From: an uncultured Actinomycetes bacterium
GTDB taxonomy: Bacteria; Actinomycetota; Thermoleophilia; UBA2241
Direction of reading: 5' to 3'
Length of the DNA: 64,000 nucleotides
NCBI GenBank assembly: GCA_963755025.1
Contig: CAVWIH010000017.1
Location: 32,001 to 96,000, forward strand
Shown here: positions 16,054 to 25,877 of the stretch, in pieces
Numbering within the stretch: the first letter of the stretch is position 1
Layout: the number at the start of each line of letters is the position of its first letter
Program-made: the position numbers and the translations under genes
The notes under the pieces: model-generated
Database searches by the model: none
Seen by the model: only the letters and a program-made list of their open reading frames with translations
What the model was told of the DNA's origin: nothing

Positions 16054-17859
16054 CTACGCGTAGATCTGGTAGTCGAACAGCTTGCGATAGGCGCCCTCGG
16101 CCTCGAGCAGCTCGTCGTGGGTGCCGCGCTCCTCGATGACGCCGTGGTCGAGCACGACGATCTGGTCGGAGTGCTGCACGGTCGACAGGCGGTGGGCGAT
16201 GACGATCAAGGTCTTGCGGTGGCGCACGCCGTCGAGCGCCTGCTGGATGTACTGCTCCGACTCGGAGTCGAGGGCGCTGGTGGGCTCGTCGAGGATGAGG
16301 ATCTCGGGGTCCTGCAGGAACACGCGGGCCAGCGCCAGGCGCTGGCGCTCGCCGCCCGAGAGCCGCACGCCGCGGTCGCCGACGCTGGTCTCGAGGCCGT
16401 TGGGCAGCTTGCCGACGAAGTTGGCGCAGAAGCTGGACTCGAGGGCCTCGGCGATCTCGGCGGCGCTGGGCTCGCGTTCGAGCCCGTAGACCAGGTTGTT
16501 GTAGATGGTGTCGTTGAACAGCAGGGCGTCCTGGGTCATGAAGCCGATGGAGCGGCGCAGGCTGCGCAGCTCGAAGTCCTGCACGGGGCGGCCGTCGAAC
16601 AGCACGCGGCCTTCGTTGGCGTCGCGCAGGCGCGGGATGAGGTCGACCAGGGTCGACTTGCCCGAGCCCGACTTGCCCACGATGGCCGTCTGCGAGCGGC
16701 AGGGGATCGTGAGGTCGACGCCCCGCAGGACGAGCTCCCCGGTCTCGTCGCCGTAGGCGAAGCTCACGTCGTCGAAGCGGATGCCGTCGCGCAGGCCGGC
16801 AAAGGCGGCGTCGCCGCCCACGATGTGCCGCGAGGCGCTGGCGCGGTTGAAGGTGTCGCGTACCAGGTGGAGGCTGTCGATCGTGGCCATTAGCGACTGG
16901 CGGCCGTTGTTGAAGCCCTTCACGTTGTTGTTGAGCTGCAGCAAGATGAAGAGGAAGAGGCCGATGGTGGCGAGGCTGGCGTGGAAGAACTGCACGCCCA
17001 CGAAGATGACGGCGAAGAGCATGAGCATCTGCAGGGGGTCGATCGTCACCTCGACGATGCCGCTCAGGATCGAGATGCGCCGCTGCGCGTCGCCGAAGCG
17101 CGTCACGACCGCGGTGACGTTCTCGGTCTCGCGGTCCTCCTGGCCGAGCATCTTGATGAGCCGCAGGGCGGTGATGCGCTCGGAGATCACCGAGTAGGTC
17201 TCGTTGTTGAGCTGGGCGGTCACGCGCCCCAGCGCTCGCGAGCGCTTGATGGCGCGGTTGACCAGGAGCGAGATCAGCGCCAGGGCGACCACCGTGATCA
17301 CGGCGAGCTTGACCTGCAGTACGAGCAGGACGAGGACGTACATCGCGATCAGCAGGCCGACCGAGATCTGCTGCATGAACTGGGTGATGGCGCCGCCGCC
17401 GCGCTGCACCTGGGCGGTGAGCGTGCTGACCAGGTTGCTGTTGCCCTCGCCCACGACGAAGGCCAGGTCGCCGTGGATGATCGCGGCGAAACCCCGGGAG
17501 CGCAGGCGCACCATCGCCCGTTGCTGCACGCGCGACACGTAGGTCGTGTTGGTGAGATAGACGAACTCGCGCAGCAGGATGGGCACGAAGGCCAGCACCA
17601 GCAGGGAGAGCAGGGTGACCGGCAGGCCGAGGAAGTGCAGCACGTGGTAGAGCAGGTCGCTGAAGACGCCGCCGCCCTTGGCCTTGCCGTACTCGATGTA
17701 CTGCAGCACGGGCGAGAGCATGCCGGCAGCCAGGGCCTGCAGCACGGCCAGCATGACGGAGAGCACCACCAGGATGCCGACTTCCGAGGGGCGCACGGAG
17801 AGGATCTGGAACAGCTCCCGCCCGGCCAGCAGCCAGCGGTTCTTTCGGTGTTCGGTCAC
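16054..17859 (-). CDS. ABC exporter (TMD+NBD), copy 2; protein identical to copy 1 except the last residue (YQIYA vs YQIYS)
   Basis: Same motifs and same RBS/GTG start as 11528-13333. Confidence 0.92.
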   Translation of the reverse strand: MTEHRKNRWLLAGRELFQILSVRPSEVGILVVLSVMLAVLQALAAGMLSPVLQYIEYGKAKGGGVFSDLLYHVLHFLGLPVTLLSLLVLAFVPILLREFVYLTNTTYVSRVQQRAMVRLRSRGFAAIIHGDLAFVVGEGNSNLVSTLTAQVQRGGGAITQFMQQISVGLLIAMYVLVLLVLQVKLAVITVVALALISLLVNRAIKRSRALGRVTAQLNNETYSVISERITALRLIKMLGQEDRETENVTAVVTRFGDAQRRISILSGIVEVTIDPLQMLMLFAVIFVGVQFFHASLATIGLFLFILLQLNNNVKGFNNGRQSLMATIDSLHLVRDTFNRASASRHIVGGDAAFAGLRDGIRFDDVSFAYGDETGELVLRGVDLTIPCRSQTAIVGKSGSGKSTLVDLIPRLRDANEGRVLFDGRPVQDFELRSLRRSIGFMTQDALLFNDTIYNNLVYGLEREPSAAEIAEALESSFCANFVGKLPNGLETSVGDRGVRLSGGERQRLALARVFLQDPEILILDEPTSALDSESEQYIQQALDGVRHRKTLIVIAHRLSTVQHSDQIVVLDHGVIEERGTHDELLEAEGAYRKLFDYQIYA

Positions 17860-17874
17860 CGCACTCCTCGGCCG
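16060..17874 (+). repeat. 1815-bp direct repeat, copy B
   Basis: Direct comparison with 11534-13348. Confidence 0.93.
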
Positions 17875-18213
17875 GGAACGGCAAAACGACAGTGGGCGCT
17901 CTGTGCAAGCGCCGCGGGTGGTCGCCGCGCGACAAATTCGCGCCGACGCGTACTTAGTGTAGACAATCGCGGGTAGCGCGCTCAACTTGGGCGACCGCCG
18001 TCGCCGCCGCTGGTGCGACTGTGTGCCTAGTTTTGATGACGCAGGGAATCCCTTCTTGCGATGGCTGCCGCGCTGCGAGAGAGTTCGCTCGTGGACCGCT
18101 CGCGCGACGGCGGCCTAGCGGGAAGTGAGACCGGTCACGCGGATCGCCGTTCTTTACGACGCCAGTGACGTCAGGTCGCTGTACCCGAAAACGAGCAGAC
18201 GACAGGACGCGAG

Positions 18214-19713
18214 ATGAGCGAGACGACGGCACCAACGCAGCTGGCCCGCAACCAGGTCGGACTCATGGCGGCGCTCTTCCAGTCGATCACGTCGATGGCC
18301 CCCGGCGCGGCCATCGCCGCCTCGATCCCGCTGGGAGCGGCCTTCGCCGGCGGCGCCTTGCCGCTCTCGGTCCTCATCGCCTTCGTGGGCATCCTCTTCA
18401 CCGCGGCCAGCATAGGCCAGCTCGCCAAGCACATCCCGGCGGCGGGCTCGGTGGCCACCTACAGCGCGGTCGGCCTGAGCCCCTCGATCGGCTTTCTGGT
18501 GGGCTGGGCCTACGCCGCCGTCGAGGTCCTGATCGTGCCGCTCGTCATGCTGCAGCTCGGCTACACGGTGGCCGGCGAATGGCACTCCGAGAGCGCCGGG
18601 TTCCCGCTCGGCGCCTGGTGGGTCTTCATGCTGCTCGGCACGTTCCTCGTCTGCGGCCTGGTCTACCGCGGCGTGCACACCTCGACCAGCACCGGCGTGT
18701 GGCTGGGTCTGGTCGAGATCCTCGTGTTCCTCACGCTGGCCATCGTGCTGGTCGTCAAGGCCGGCGACCACAACACGCTGGCGGTCTTCGGCACGAAGTA
18801 CGCCAACGCCAAGGGCTTCGTCGGCTTTTCGGGGGTGACCGCGGGGGCGGTCGGCGCACTGCTCGCCTTCTCGGGCTTCGAGGCCGCGGCGCCGCTCGCC
18901 GAAGAGACCAGGAACCCGCGGCGCAACGTGCCGCTGGCGGTCGTGCTGGCCACCGTGGCGATCGGCGCGCTCTACATCTTCACCACCTACGCCGCCGACG
19001 TCTCGTTCGGGCCGCGCATCTTCAGCGGCTTTGCGAGCTCGGCCAACGGCGTGCCCTGGGACGGCCTCGCGCGCAGCGTCTCGGGCGTGTTCTGGCTGCT
19101 CGTGCTGATCGCCATCATCAACTCCACGCTGGCCAACGCCAACTCGGGCACCAACGTGTTCACGCGCACGGCCTACGCCTTCGGTCGCGTCGGCGCGTTC
19201 CCGCGGGCCTGCGCCGACCTGCACCCCAGGTTCAAGTCGCCGCGGGTCGGCATTCTGATCGAACTGGTGCTGAGCTGCGCCCTCGGCCTGGGACTGGGCT
19301 TCAGGTACACGCCGCAGACCGCCTTCGGCATCATCGGCACCGGCCTGGTCGTCCTCGTCGTGCCGGTCTACATGATCGCCAACCTGGCTTGCATCGGGCT
19401 CTTCGCCAGGCACCGCAAAGAGGAACAGCACATCGTCTACCACATCGTGGTGCCGATCATCGGCTTCCTCTTCCTGCTGCCCGGCTTCATGAGCGCCGCC
19501 GGCATCACCGGCGTGCCCGGCCTGTCGTTCATCGTGGCCCTGTCGTCGCCGTACTCCTACGCGGCGTACGCCATGGCCGCCTGGGTGGTCATCGGCATCG
19601 TCGTGCTGCTCGTGCTGCGCAGCCGCAACCCGCGTGCCGTGGCGGCCGTCGCTCAGATCCACTACGAAGACGACGCCGTGCCCGCCGTCGCGGCGCCCGG
19701 GAGCGACGCCTGA
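18214..19713 (+). CDS. APC-family amino acid/amine permease
   Basis: About 12 hydrophobic segments; SMAPG, FSGFEAAAPLAEETRNPRRNVP, HPRFKSP. Confidence 0.9.
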   Translation: MSETTAPTQLARNQVGLMAALFQSITSMAPGAAIAASIPLGAAFAGGALPLSVLIAFVGILFTAASIGQLAKHIPAAGSVATYSAVGLSPSIGFLVGWAYAAVEVLIVPLVMLQLGYTVAGEWHSESAGFPLGAWWVFMLLGTFLVCGLVYRGVHTSTSTGVWLGLVEILVFLTLAIVLVVKAGDHNTLAVFGTKYANAKGFVGFSGVTAGAVGALLAFSGFEAAAPLAEETRNPRRNVPLAVVLATVAIGALYIFTTYAADVSFGPRIFSGFASSANGVPWDGLARSVSGVFWLLVLIAIINSTLANANSGTNVFTRTAYAFGRVGAFPRACADLHPRFKSPRVGILIELVLSCALGLGLGFRYTPQTAFGIIGTGLVVLVVPVYMIANLACIGLFARHRKEEQHIVYHIVVPIIGFLFLLPGFMSAAGITGVPGLSFIVALSSPYSYAAYAMAAWVVIGIVVLLVLRSRNPRAVAAVAQIHYEDDAVPAVAAPGSDA

Positions 19714-20618
19714 TGGCCGCCCCGACCGTCACCAAGGACAGGAGCGTCTTCGCCATGTCGCAGGCGGCCGCGCCGGTCGCGCGCGTGGCCGCGGGCGACA
19801 CCATCCGCCTCGAGACGGCCGACTGCTTCTCGGACCAGGTGGCCGGGCCCGCCGACGTGGGGCGCGGCATCGACTGGGCCACCGTCAACCCGGCGACCGG
19901 CCCAGTCTACGTCGAGGGCGCCGAGCCCGGCGACGTGCTCGCCGTGCGCATCGAGCGTCTCGAGATCTCCGATCACGGCGTCATGTGCACGGGCGGCGGC
20001 TGGGGCGTGCTGGGCGACCGCATCGACGAGCTCGACTGGCGGTTCCTCGCCATCGCCGGCGGCCGCGCACAGTGGCCGGGCGGACCGAGCTTTCCCACCC
20101 GCCCCATGATCGGCGTCATCGGCGTGGCGCCGGCCGGCGCCGACGTGCCCTGCGGCACGCCCGGCCCGCACGGCGGCAACATGGACACCCGTCTGATCGG
20201 CGAGGGCGCCACCATCTACCTGCCGGTGCAGGTGCCCGGCGCCCTGCTCGCCGCCGGCGACCTGCACGCCGCCATGGGCGACGGCGAGATCGCGGTCACC
20301 GGGGTCGAGGTGGCCGGCGCGGTCACGCTGCAGCTCGGCGTGCGCCGCGACCTCAAGCTCACCGACCCGCTGCTCGAGAACGCTGAGATGGTGGCGACCA
20401 TCGCCTCGGCCTCCACCTTAGACGAAGCGGCGACCATGGCCACGACCGCCATGGCCGATCTGCTGCACGGGCGCCTGGGCATGGGGCTGGCCGACGCCGT
20501 CATGCTCATGAGCGCCGTCGGCGAGGTGCGCGTCTCGCAGATGGTCGACCCGCTGCGCACGGTGCGCTTCGAGATGCCCAAGGCGGCCTACGAGCCCGCC
20601 TTCGGCCCCTTGCTCTAG
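19713..20618 (+). CDS. Acetamidase/formamidase family protein
   Basis: NPATGPVYVEGAEPGDVL, PMIGVIGVAP, PGPHGGNMD, GDLHAAMGDGE; TGATG coupling to the permease. Confidence 0.9.
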   Translation: MAAPTVTKDRSVFAMSQAAAPVARVAAGDTIRLETADCFSDQVAGPADVGRGIDWATVNPATGPVYVEGAEPGDVLAVRIERLEISDHGVMCTGGGWGVLGDRIDELDWRFLAIAGGRAQWPGGPSFPTRPMIGVIGVAPAGADVPCGTPGPHGGNMDTRLIGEGATIYLPVQVPGALLAAGDLHAAMGDGEIAVTGVEVAGAVTLQLGVRRDLKLTDPLLENAEMVATIASASTLDEAATMATTAMADLLHGRLGMGLADAVMLMSAVGEVRVSQMVDPLRTVRFEMPKAAYEPAFGPLL

Positions 20619-20636
20619 GCGCGGCAGGCCGGGACG

Positions 20637-20668
20637 CGCGCCCGGCGGGCTTGCGTCCGCCGGGCGCG
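20637..20668 (+). terminator. Hairpin after the acetamidase gene
   Basis: CGCGCCCGGCGG...CCGCCGGGCGCG stem. Confidence 0.45.
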
Positions 20669-20744
20669 ACGCTCACCGCTCGCGACGCCCCGCCTCCCGC
20701 GACGCTCACCGTGCGCAACGCTCACCGTGCGCGACGCCCACCCG
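20665..20744 (+). repeat. Degenerate 16-bp tandem repeat, five copies
   Basis: CGCGACGCTCACCGyk-like units at 20665, 20681, 20698, 20714, 20730. Confidence 0.75.
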
Positions 20745-21184
20745 CGTCGCTCGCGTTGCACTCCGCAGCGCCCCGTCGTGGCGCCGCACGCACGCGCGGC
20801 GGCGCCCTGTTGTCTCGCTTGGCAACACAGGCAGTCGGGGTACACTGACTAGTGGGCGCAGGGAGGGCGGCGCAGCGGCGCTGCCCGAACGGGGACCTCG
20901 ACGTCCGACACCGCCGACCAGACAGGGGCCGCACCCTTGGGCCAAGCGAGCGGCGGGGGAGCAGTTGCTCCCACAGGCGCACACTTCTGCACAGGCCGCG
21001 GCGCGGTGAGCGCCGGCGACAAGTCGCCGCCCCGTCCAACATCACGCCTGCATTCGTACCGAAAAAAGGCGTTCTGCGCGGTTGCAGCGCCACCCTCGGT
21101 CCACTAGGCTTGTTGGCGTCCGAGCGAAGCTCAGGGTGCGCACACAATCCACCATGGGCCCACAATCGTCATCTAGGGAGAGAC

Positions 21185-22405
21185 ATGAAGGAACGGAATC
21201 TTCTGGAGGATCTGGTCGCGGTCAGTCCCGGCATGGAGATCTGGTGGGATTCTTCGCCGGTCATCTTCGCGAACTGGCAAAAGAAGATGCTCGCCAAGGC
21301 CGAGCCCGGCGATCAGGAGAACCTGAAGGCGCAGTTTAAGCGCATGTACAACCTTGACGACCCGATGAGCCAGCTCTTCCGCGGCGTCACCACCAACCCG
21401 CCGCTGTCGCTGGCCGCGTTCAAAGACGACCCGCCGTACTGGCAGAAGGTCGCCGACGGCATCCTCGCCGCGCACGACGATCTCGACACCGAGACCCTGT
21501 TCTGGCTGCTCTACAAAGAGGTCGTCAAACAGGGTTCCGACATGTTCCTGCCGCTCTTCGAGGCGTCGGGCCACAAAGAGGGCTTCCTCTCCGGCCAGGT
21601 CGACCCGCGTAGCGCGTTCGACGGCGAGGCAATGCTCGCCCAGGCGCTCGAGATCTACAAGATCAACCCGAACGTCATGGTCAAGGTCCCCGGCACGGCC
21701 GAGGGCTACGAAGTGATCGAAGAGCTCACCGCGCGCGGCATCGCCACCAACAACACCATGACCTTCGTGCTTTCGCAGCTCATGGACTGCGCCAAGTCGG
21801 TGCAGCGCGGCGTCGAGAAGGCCAAGGCCAACGGCGTCGACCTGTCGAACTGGCGCTCGGTCATCACCCACATGGAAGCCCGCTACGGCGACCTCGGCGG
21901 CCTGCGCGAATTCGGCAAAGAGGCCGGCGTCGAGCTCACCGAAGGCGACGTGCGCATGGCCGAACTGGCCATCTTCAAGAAGGCCTGCCGCATCATCAAA
22001 GAGCGCAACTATCCGAGCAAGATGCTCTCCTGCTCGCTGCGTGTCGGCCCCACGGTCGACGGCGAGCTGCGCCTCTGGCACCTCGAGGAGAAGGCCGGCG
22101 CCGACGTGGTCGTCACCTGCCCGCCGTCGTTCATCGACGAGTGCATCAACTTCCCGGGCGCCGAGAACATCAAGTTCAAGCCCAACCAGATCGAAGTCGA
22201 TCCGCCCAAGGACGTCATGGACAAGCTCATGCGGATCCCCTACTTCGTGCGCGCTTACGACGAGAACGGCTACACCCGCGAGGAGTACGCGACGCATCCG
22301 GCCCTCGTAAAGACCCACGCCGCCTTCTCGAAGGCTACCCAAGAGATGGTCGACTTTGCGGGCAACTGCCTCGAAGGCAGCTGCGCACCTACGCCCGCTT
22401 CCTGA
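21185..22405 (+). CDS. Atypical transaldolase-family protein (406 aa)
   Basis: WWDS, GVTTNPP, SGQVDPR, Schiff-base VMVKVPGTAEG, NNTMTF; RBS AGGGAG. Confidence 0.85.
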   Translation: MKERNLLEDLVAVSPGMEIWWDSSPVIFANWQKKMLAKAEPGDQENLKAQFKRMYNLDDPMSQLFRGVTTNPPLSLAAFKDDPPYWQKVADGILAAHDDLDTETLFWLLYKEVVKQGSDMFLPLFEASGHKEGFLSGQVDPRSAFDGEAMLAQALEIYKINPNVMVKVPGTAEGYEVIEELTARGIATNNTMTFVLSQLMDCAKSVQRGVEKAKANGVDLSNWRSVITHMEARYGDLGGLREFGKEAGVELTEGDVRMAELAIFKKACRIIKERNYPSKMLSCSLRVGPTVDGELRLWHLEEKAGADVVVTCPPSFIDECINFPGAENIKFKPNQIEVDPPKDVMDKLMRIPYFVRAYDENGYTREEYATHPALVKTHAAFSKATQEMVDFAGNCLEGSCAPTPAS

Positions 22406-22430
22406 CGATCCCCGGTTGACGAAAGGACGA

Positions 22431-23540
22431 ATGAGCATGACGGAGAAAACGGCGAACGTGACTGATCTGTTCGTACCGTGGCTCGAGACTGCGCCCGAGT
22501 ACAACACCAGCATCCTCGACAAGGCCTGGGCGCAGCCCGACTACGGCCGCATGATGCTGAACGAGAACCCTGTGCCGCCGTCGGACAAGGTGGTCAACGC
22601 CGTCACCGAGATCGTCAAGAAGGGTAACCGCTACCCCGACAGCATGCTGCGCCTGCGCACCAAGCTCGGCGCCCTCCACGGTGTCGGCCCCGAGAACATC
22701 GCGCTGGCCAACGGCTCGTCCGAGACCATCGACGCCATGATGCGCATCTTCTTGCAGCCCGGCGACGAGTTCCTGCTGTCGAACCCGACGTTCGAGATGT
22801 TCCTCTCGCGCGCCGGCTTGTGCGGCGCCAAGAACGTGCAGATCGACCTGCAGAAGGACGGCCTGCAGTACGACGTCGACGCCATGCTTGCGGCGGTCAA
22901 CGAAAAGACCAAGCTCATCCTCATCATCAACCCGAACAACCCGACGGGCATCTTCATCGACGACGCCGACCTCATCAAGTTCTGCGAGCTCGGCATTCCG
23001 CTCTGCGTCGACGAGGCCTACCTCGACTACCATCCGCAGGTCGCCTCGAAGGTCGACCTCATCAAGACGTATCCGCACGTCTTCCTGTCGCACACCTTCT
23101 CCAAGGCCTTCGGCCTGGCCGGCATCCGCTTCGGCTACATGGTCGGCGTCCCCGAGGTCGTGCAGGCCTTCACCAAGATGTACCTGCCCTGGAACATGAG
23201 CCTCATGGCCATGGCCGCCGCCGAGGCCATCCTCGACAACCCCGAGGAGATCGCCGGCAAGGTCAAGTACAACAACGACTGGATGGACAAGTTCACCGCC
23301 GAGCTCAAGGCTCTCGGCCTGAACCCGTATCCGGCCCACGGCAACTACATGCTGATCGACGCCTCGGTTTCCGGTAAGACCACCGGCGAGATCGTCAAGG
23401 CCGCCTACGACTCCGACAAGCTCTTCCTCAAGACCATCAAGCCGATCCACGGCAAAGACGGCTACTTCCGCGTCACGCCCGGCACGGTCGAAGAGTGCGA
23501 GCGTTTCATGAACTTCATCAGGAGCTACTTCGCCAAGTAG
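22431..23540 (+). CDS. HisC-like PLP-dependent aminotransferase (class I/II)
   Basis: LNENP, NRYPD, NGSSETI, NPNNPTG, VDEAY, TFSKAFGLAGIRFGY. Confidence 0.88.
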   Translation: MSMTEKTANVTDLFVPWLETAPEYNTSILDKAWAQPDYGRMMLNENPVPPSDKVVNAVTEIVKKGNRYPDSMLRLRTKLGALHGVGPENIALANGSSETIDAMMRIFLQPGDEFLLSNPTFEMFLSRAGLCGAKNVQIDLQKDGLQYDVDAMLAAVNEKTKLILIINPNNPTGIFIDDADLIKFCELGIPLCVDEAYLDYHPQVASKVDLIKTYPHVFLSHTFSKAFGLAGIRFGYMVGVPEVVQAFTKMYLPWNMSLMAMAAAEAILDNPEEIAGKVKYNNDWMDKFTAELKALGLNPYPAHGNYMLIDASVSGKTTGEIVKAAYDSDKLFLKTIKPIHGKDGYFRVTPGTVEECERFMNFIRSYFAK

Positions 23541-23580
23541 TGAGGCACCCGGACGCAACTGTCCCGCCCGTCAGCATGGT

Positions 23581-23610
23581 CTGCCCTCCCCCGCACGCGG
23601 GGGAGGGCAG
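23581..23610. terminator. Perfect 14-bp stem hairpin (terminator or REP-like element)
   Basis: CTGCCCTCCCCCGC-AC-GCGGGGGAGGGCAG. Confidence 0.55.
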
Positions 23611-23769
23611 GATTCGGGCGTTCGCAGCACCCACGCCGCCGACCGGTCCGCGCGGTGAGGCGCTTCTCAAAGCTTTTGTGACCGGACCGCCAGGGACGCA
23701 CGCCGCCAGTCGACGTTCGCCCCTTCTTTTTGTTGTCGAGCCGACCACTGCAAGAACGAAAGGACGCCG

Positions 23770-25803
23770 ATGAGCCCTGTGGCGAGCGCATTGACCCTCG
23801 AGGAGCGGTGCATCGACACCATCCGCTTTCTCGCCGTCGACGGTGTAGAGAAGGCCAAGTCCGGACACCCGGGCATGCCGATGGGCGCCGCGCCCATGGC
23901 TCACACGCTGTTCACCCGACACCTGCGGTTCGATTCGGCCGACCCGAGCTGGCCCGACCGTGACCGCTTCGTGCTGTCGGCCGGCCACGCCAGCATGCTG
24001 CTCTACTCGCTGCTGCACCTGACCGGCTACGACCTGAGCCTCGACGACCTGCGCGCCTTCCGCCAGTGGGGCAGCAAGACCCCGGGCCACCCCGAGTACC
24101 ATCACACCCCGGGCGTCGAGACGACCACCGGTCCCCTCGGGCAGGGCTTCGCCAACGCCGTCGGCATGGCCGTCGCCGAGCGCTTCCTGGCCGCCACCTT
24201 CGACGGCGACGTGGTCGACCACTACACCTACGCGCTCGCCGGCGACGGCTGCATGATGGAGGGCATCACCAGCGAGGCCGCCTCGCTCGCCGGCCATCAG
24301 AAGCTCGGCAAGCTCATCGTGCTCTACGACGACAACCACATCACGATCGACGGCTCCACCGACCTGGCCTTCACCGAAGACGTCTGCGCCCGTTATGCCG
24401 CCTACGGCTGGCAGGTGCAGCGCGTGACCGACGGCAACGACGTCGCAGCCATCGATGCCGCCATCGTCGCCGCCAAGGCCGACACCGAGCACCCGTCGCT
24501 GATCGCCGTGCGCACGCACATCGGCTGCGGCTCGCCCAACAAGCAGGACAAGGCCGCCGCCCACGGCGCCCCGCTGGGCGCCGACGAAGTCAAGCTCACC
24601 AAAGAAGCCTGCATGTGGCCGCTCGACCCGACCTTCTTCGTGGCCGACGACGTCAGGGCGTTCTACGCCGCGGCCGCCAAGCGCGGCGCCGCCGCGCACG
24701 CCGCCTGGAGCGAGCGTCACGCCGCCTGGGCCGCCGCCGACACCGCCCGCGCGACCGCCTGGAACGACGCCTGGGCCAACAAGCTGCCCGCCGGCTGGGA
24801 CGCCGATCTGCCGGTGTTCGCGCCCGACGAGCCCGCCGTCGCCACGCGCGTGGCGTCCGGCAAGGTCATCAACGCGGTGGCCCCCCACGTGCCCAACTTC
24901 ATCGGCGGTTCGGCCGACCTCGCGCCCTCGAACAACACGCTCATGAAGGGCGAGGCCGACGTGCAGGCGGCGACCCCCGCGGGGCGTAACTTCCACTTCG
25001 GCGTGCGCGAGCTCGCCATGGCCGCCATCGCCAACGGCATGGCCGCCCACGGCGCGGCGCGTCCGTACGTGGCGACCTTCTTCGTGTTCGTCGACTACAT
25101 GCGTCCCGCCATGCGCCTGTCGGCCCTCATGGGCCTGCCGGTCACCTACGTCCTCACGCACGACAGCGTGGGCGTCGGCGAAGACGGCCCGACCCATCAG
25201 CCGATCGAGCACCTCGCCATGCTGCGCGCCACGCCGAACTTCATCGACCTGCGCCCGGCCGACGCCAACGAGACCGTCGAGGCCTGGAAGATCGCTCTTG
25301 AGTCGACCGACGCCCCTGTCGGCCTCATGCTCACCCGGCAGAACCTGCCGACCATCGACCGCAGCGTCTACAGTGCGGCCGACGGCGTCGCCCGCGGCGC
25401 CTACGTGCTCGCCGACTCAGCCGGCGACGGCGCGCCCGACGTGATCCTCATGGCGAGCGGCAGCGAAGTGCAGCTCGTCCTCGCTGCCTACGAGCGCCTC
25501 GCCGCCGAAGGCGTGCGCTCGCGCGTCGTCAACATGGCGTCGTTCCGCCTGTTCGAGCGCCAGGACGCGGCTTATCGCGAGAGCGTGCTGCCGGCCGCCT
25601 GTCGCTGCCGCCTGGCCGTCGAAGCGGCCACCAGCTTCGGTTGGGACCGCTGGGTCGGCACCGACGGCGAGATCATCGCCATCGACCGCTTCGGCACGTC
25701 GGCTCCGGCGCCGACCATCTTCGAGCAGTTCGGCTTCACCGTCGACAACGTCTACGACAAGGCCAGCGCCCTCGTCGCAAGCGCGGCCGCGCCGGTCGCC
25801 TGA
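23770..25803 (+). CDS. tkt: Transketolase (copy 1)
   Basis: [27 protein letters not shown] ThDP motif, [21 protein letters not shown]. Confidence 0.96.
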   Translation: MSPVASALTLEERCIDTIRFLAVDGVEKAKSGHPGMPMGAAPMAHTLFTRHLRFDSADPSWPDRDRFVLSAGHASMLLYSLLHLTGYDLSLDDLRAFRQWGSKTPGHPEYHHTPGVETTTGPLGQGFANAVGMAVAERFLAATFDGDVVDHYTYALAGDGCMMEGITSEAASLAGHQKLGKLIVLYDDNHITIDGSTDLAFTEDVCARYAAYGWQVQRVTDGNDVAAIDAAIVAAKADTEHPSLIAVRTHIGCGSPNKQDKAAAHGAPLGADEVKLTKEACMWPLDPTFFVADDVRAFYAAAAKRGAAAHAAWSERHAAWAAADTARATAWNDAWANKLPAGWDADLPVFAPDEPAVATRVASGKVINAVAPHVPNFIGGSADLAPSNNTLMKGEADVQAATPAGRNFHFGVRELAMAAIANGMAAHGAARPYVATFFVFVDYMRPAMRLSALMGLPVTYVLTHDSVGVGEDGPTHQPIEHLAMLRATPNFIDLRPADANETVEAWKIALESTDAPVGLMLTRQNLPTIDRSVYSAADGVARGAYVLADSAGDGAPDVILMASGSEVQLVLAAYERLAAEGVRSRVVNMASFRLFERQDAAYRESVLPAACRCRLAVEAATSFGWDRWVGTDGEIIAIDRFGTSAPAPTIFEQFGFTVDNVYDKASALVASAAAPVA

Positions 25804-25816
25804 CGCACACACGCGC

Positions 25817-25865
25817 GGCGGTCGCGCCGGCCTCGTCCGAGGCCGGCGCGACCGCCTTCTTCGTT
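25817..25865 (+). terminator. Intrinsic terminator after tkt
   Basis: 19-bp stem GGCGGTCGCGCCGGCCTCG/CGAGGCCGGCGCGACCGCC followed by TTCTTCGTT. Confidence 0.8.
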
Positions 25866-25877
25866 GTCTGGTCCGGC

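Noticed and set aside
18075-18190. Glycine riboswitch upstream of the APC permease
   Set aside because: Only GCGAGAGAG and TCAGG fragments; CCGAAGG and CTCTCAGG core elements are missing.
22431-23540. Threonine-phosphate decarboxylase CobD, suggested by nearby cbiZ/cbiB
   Set aside because: Lacks the HGG and DFSANINP N-terminal signature; LNENP is HisC-like. Not fully excluded.
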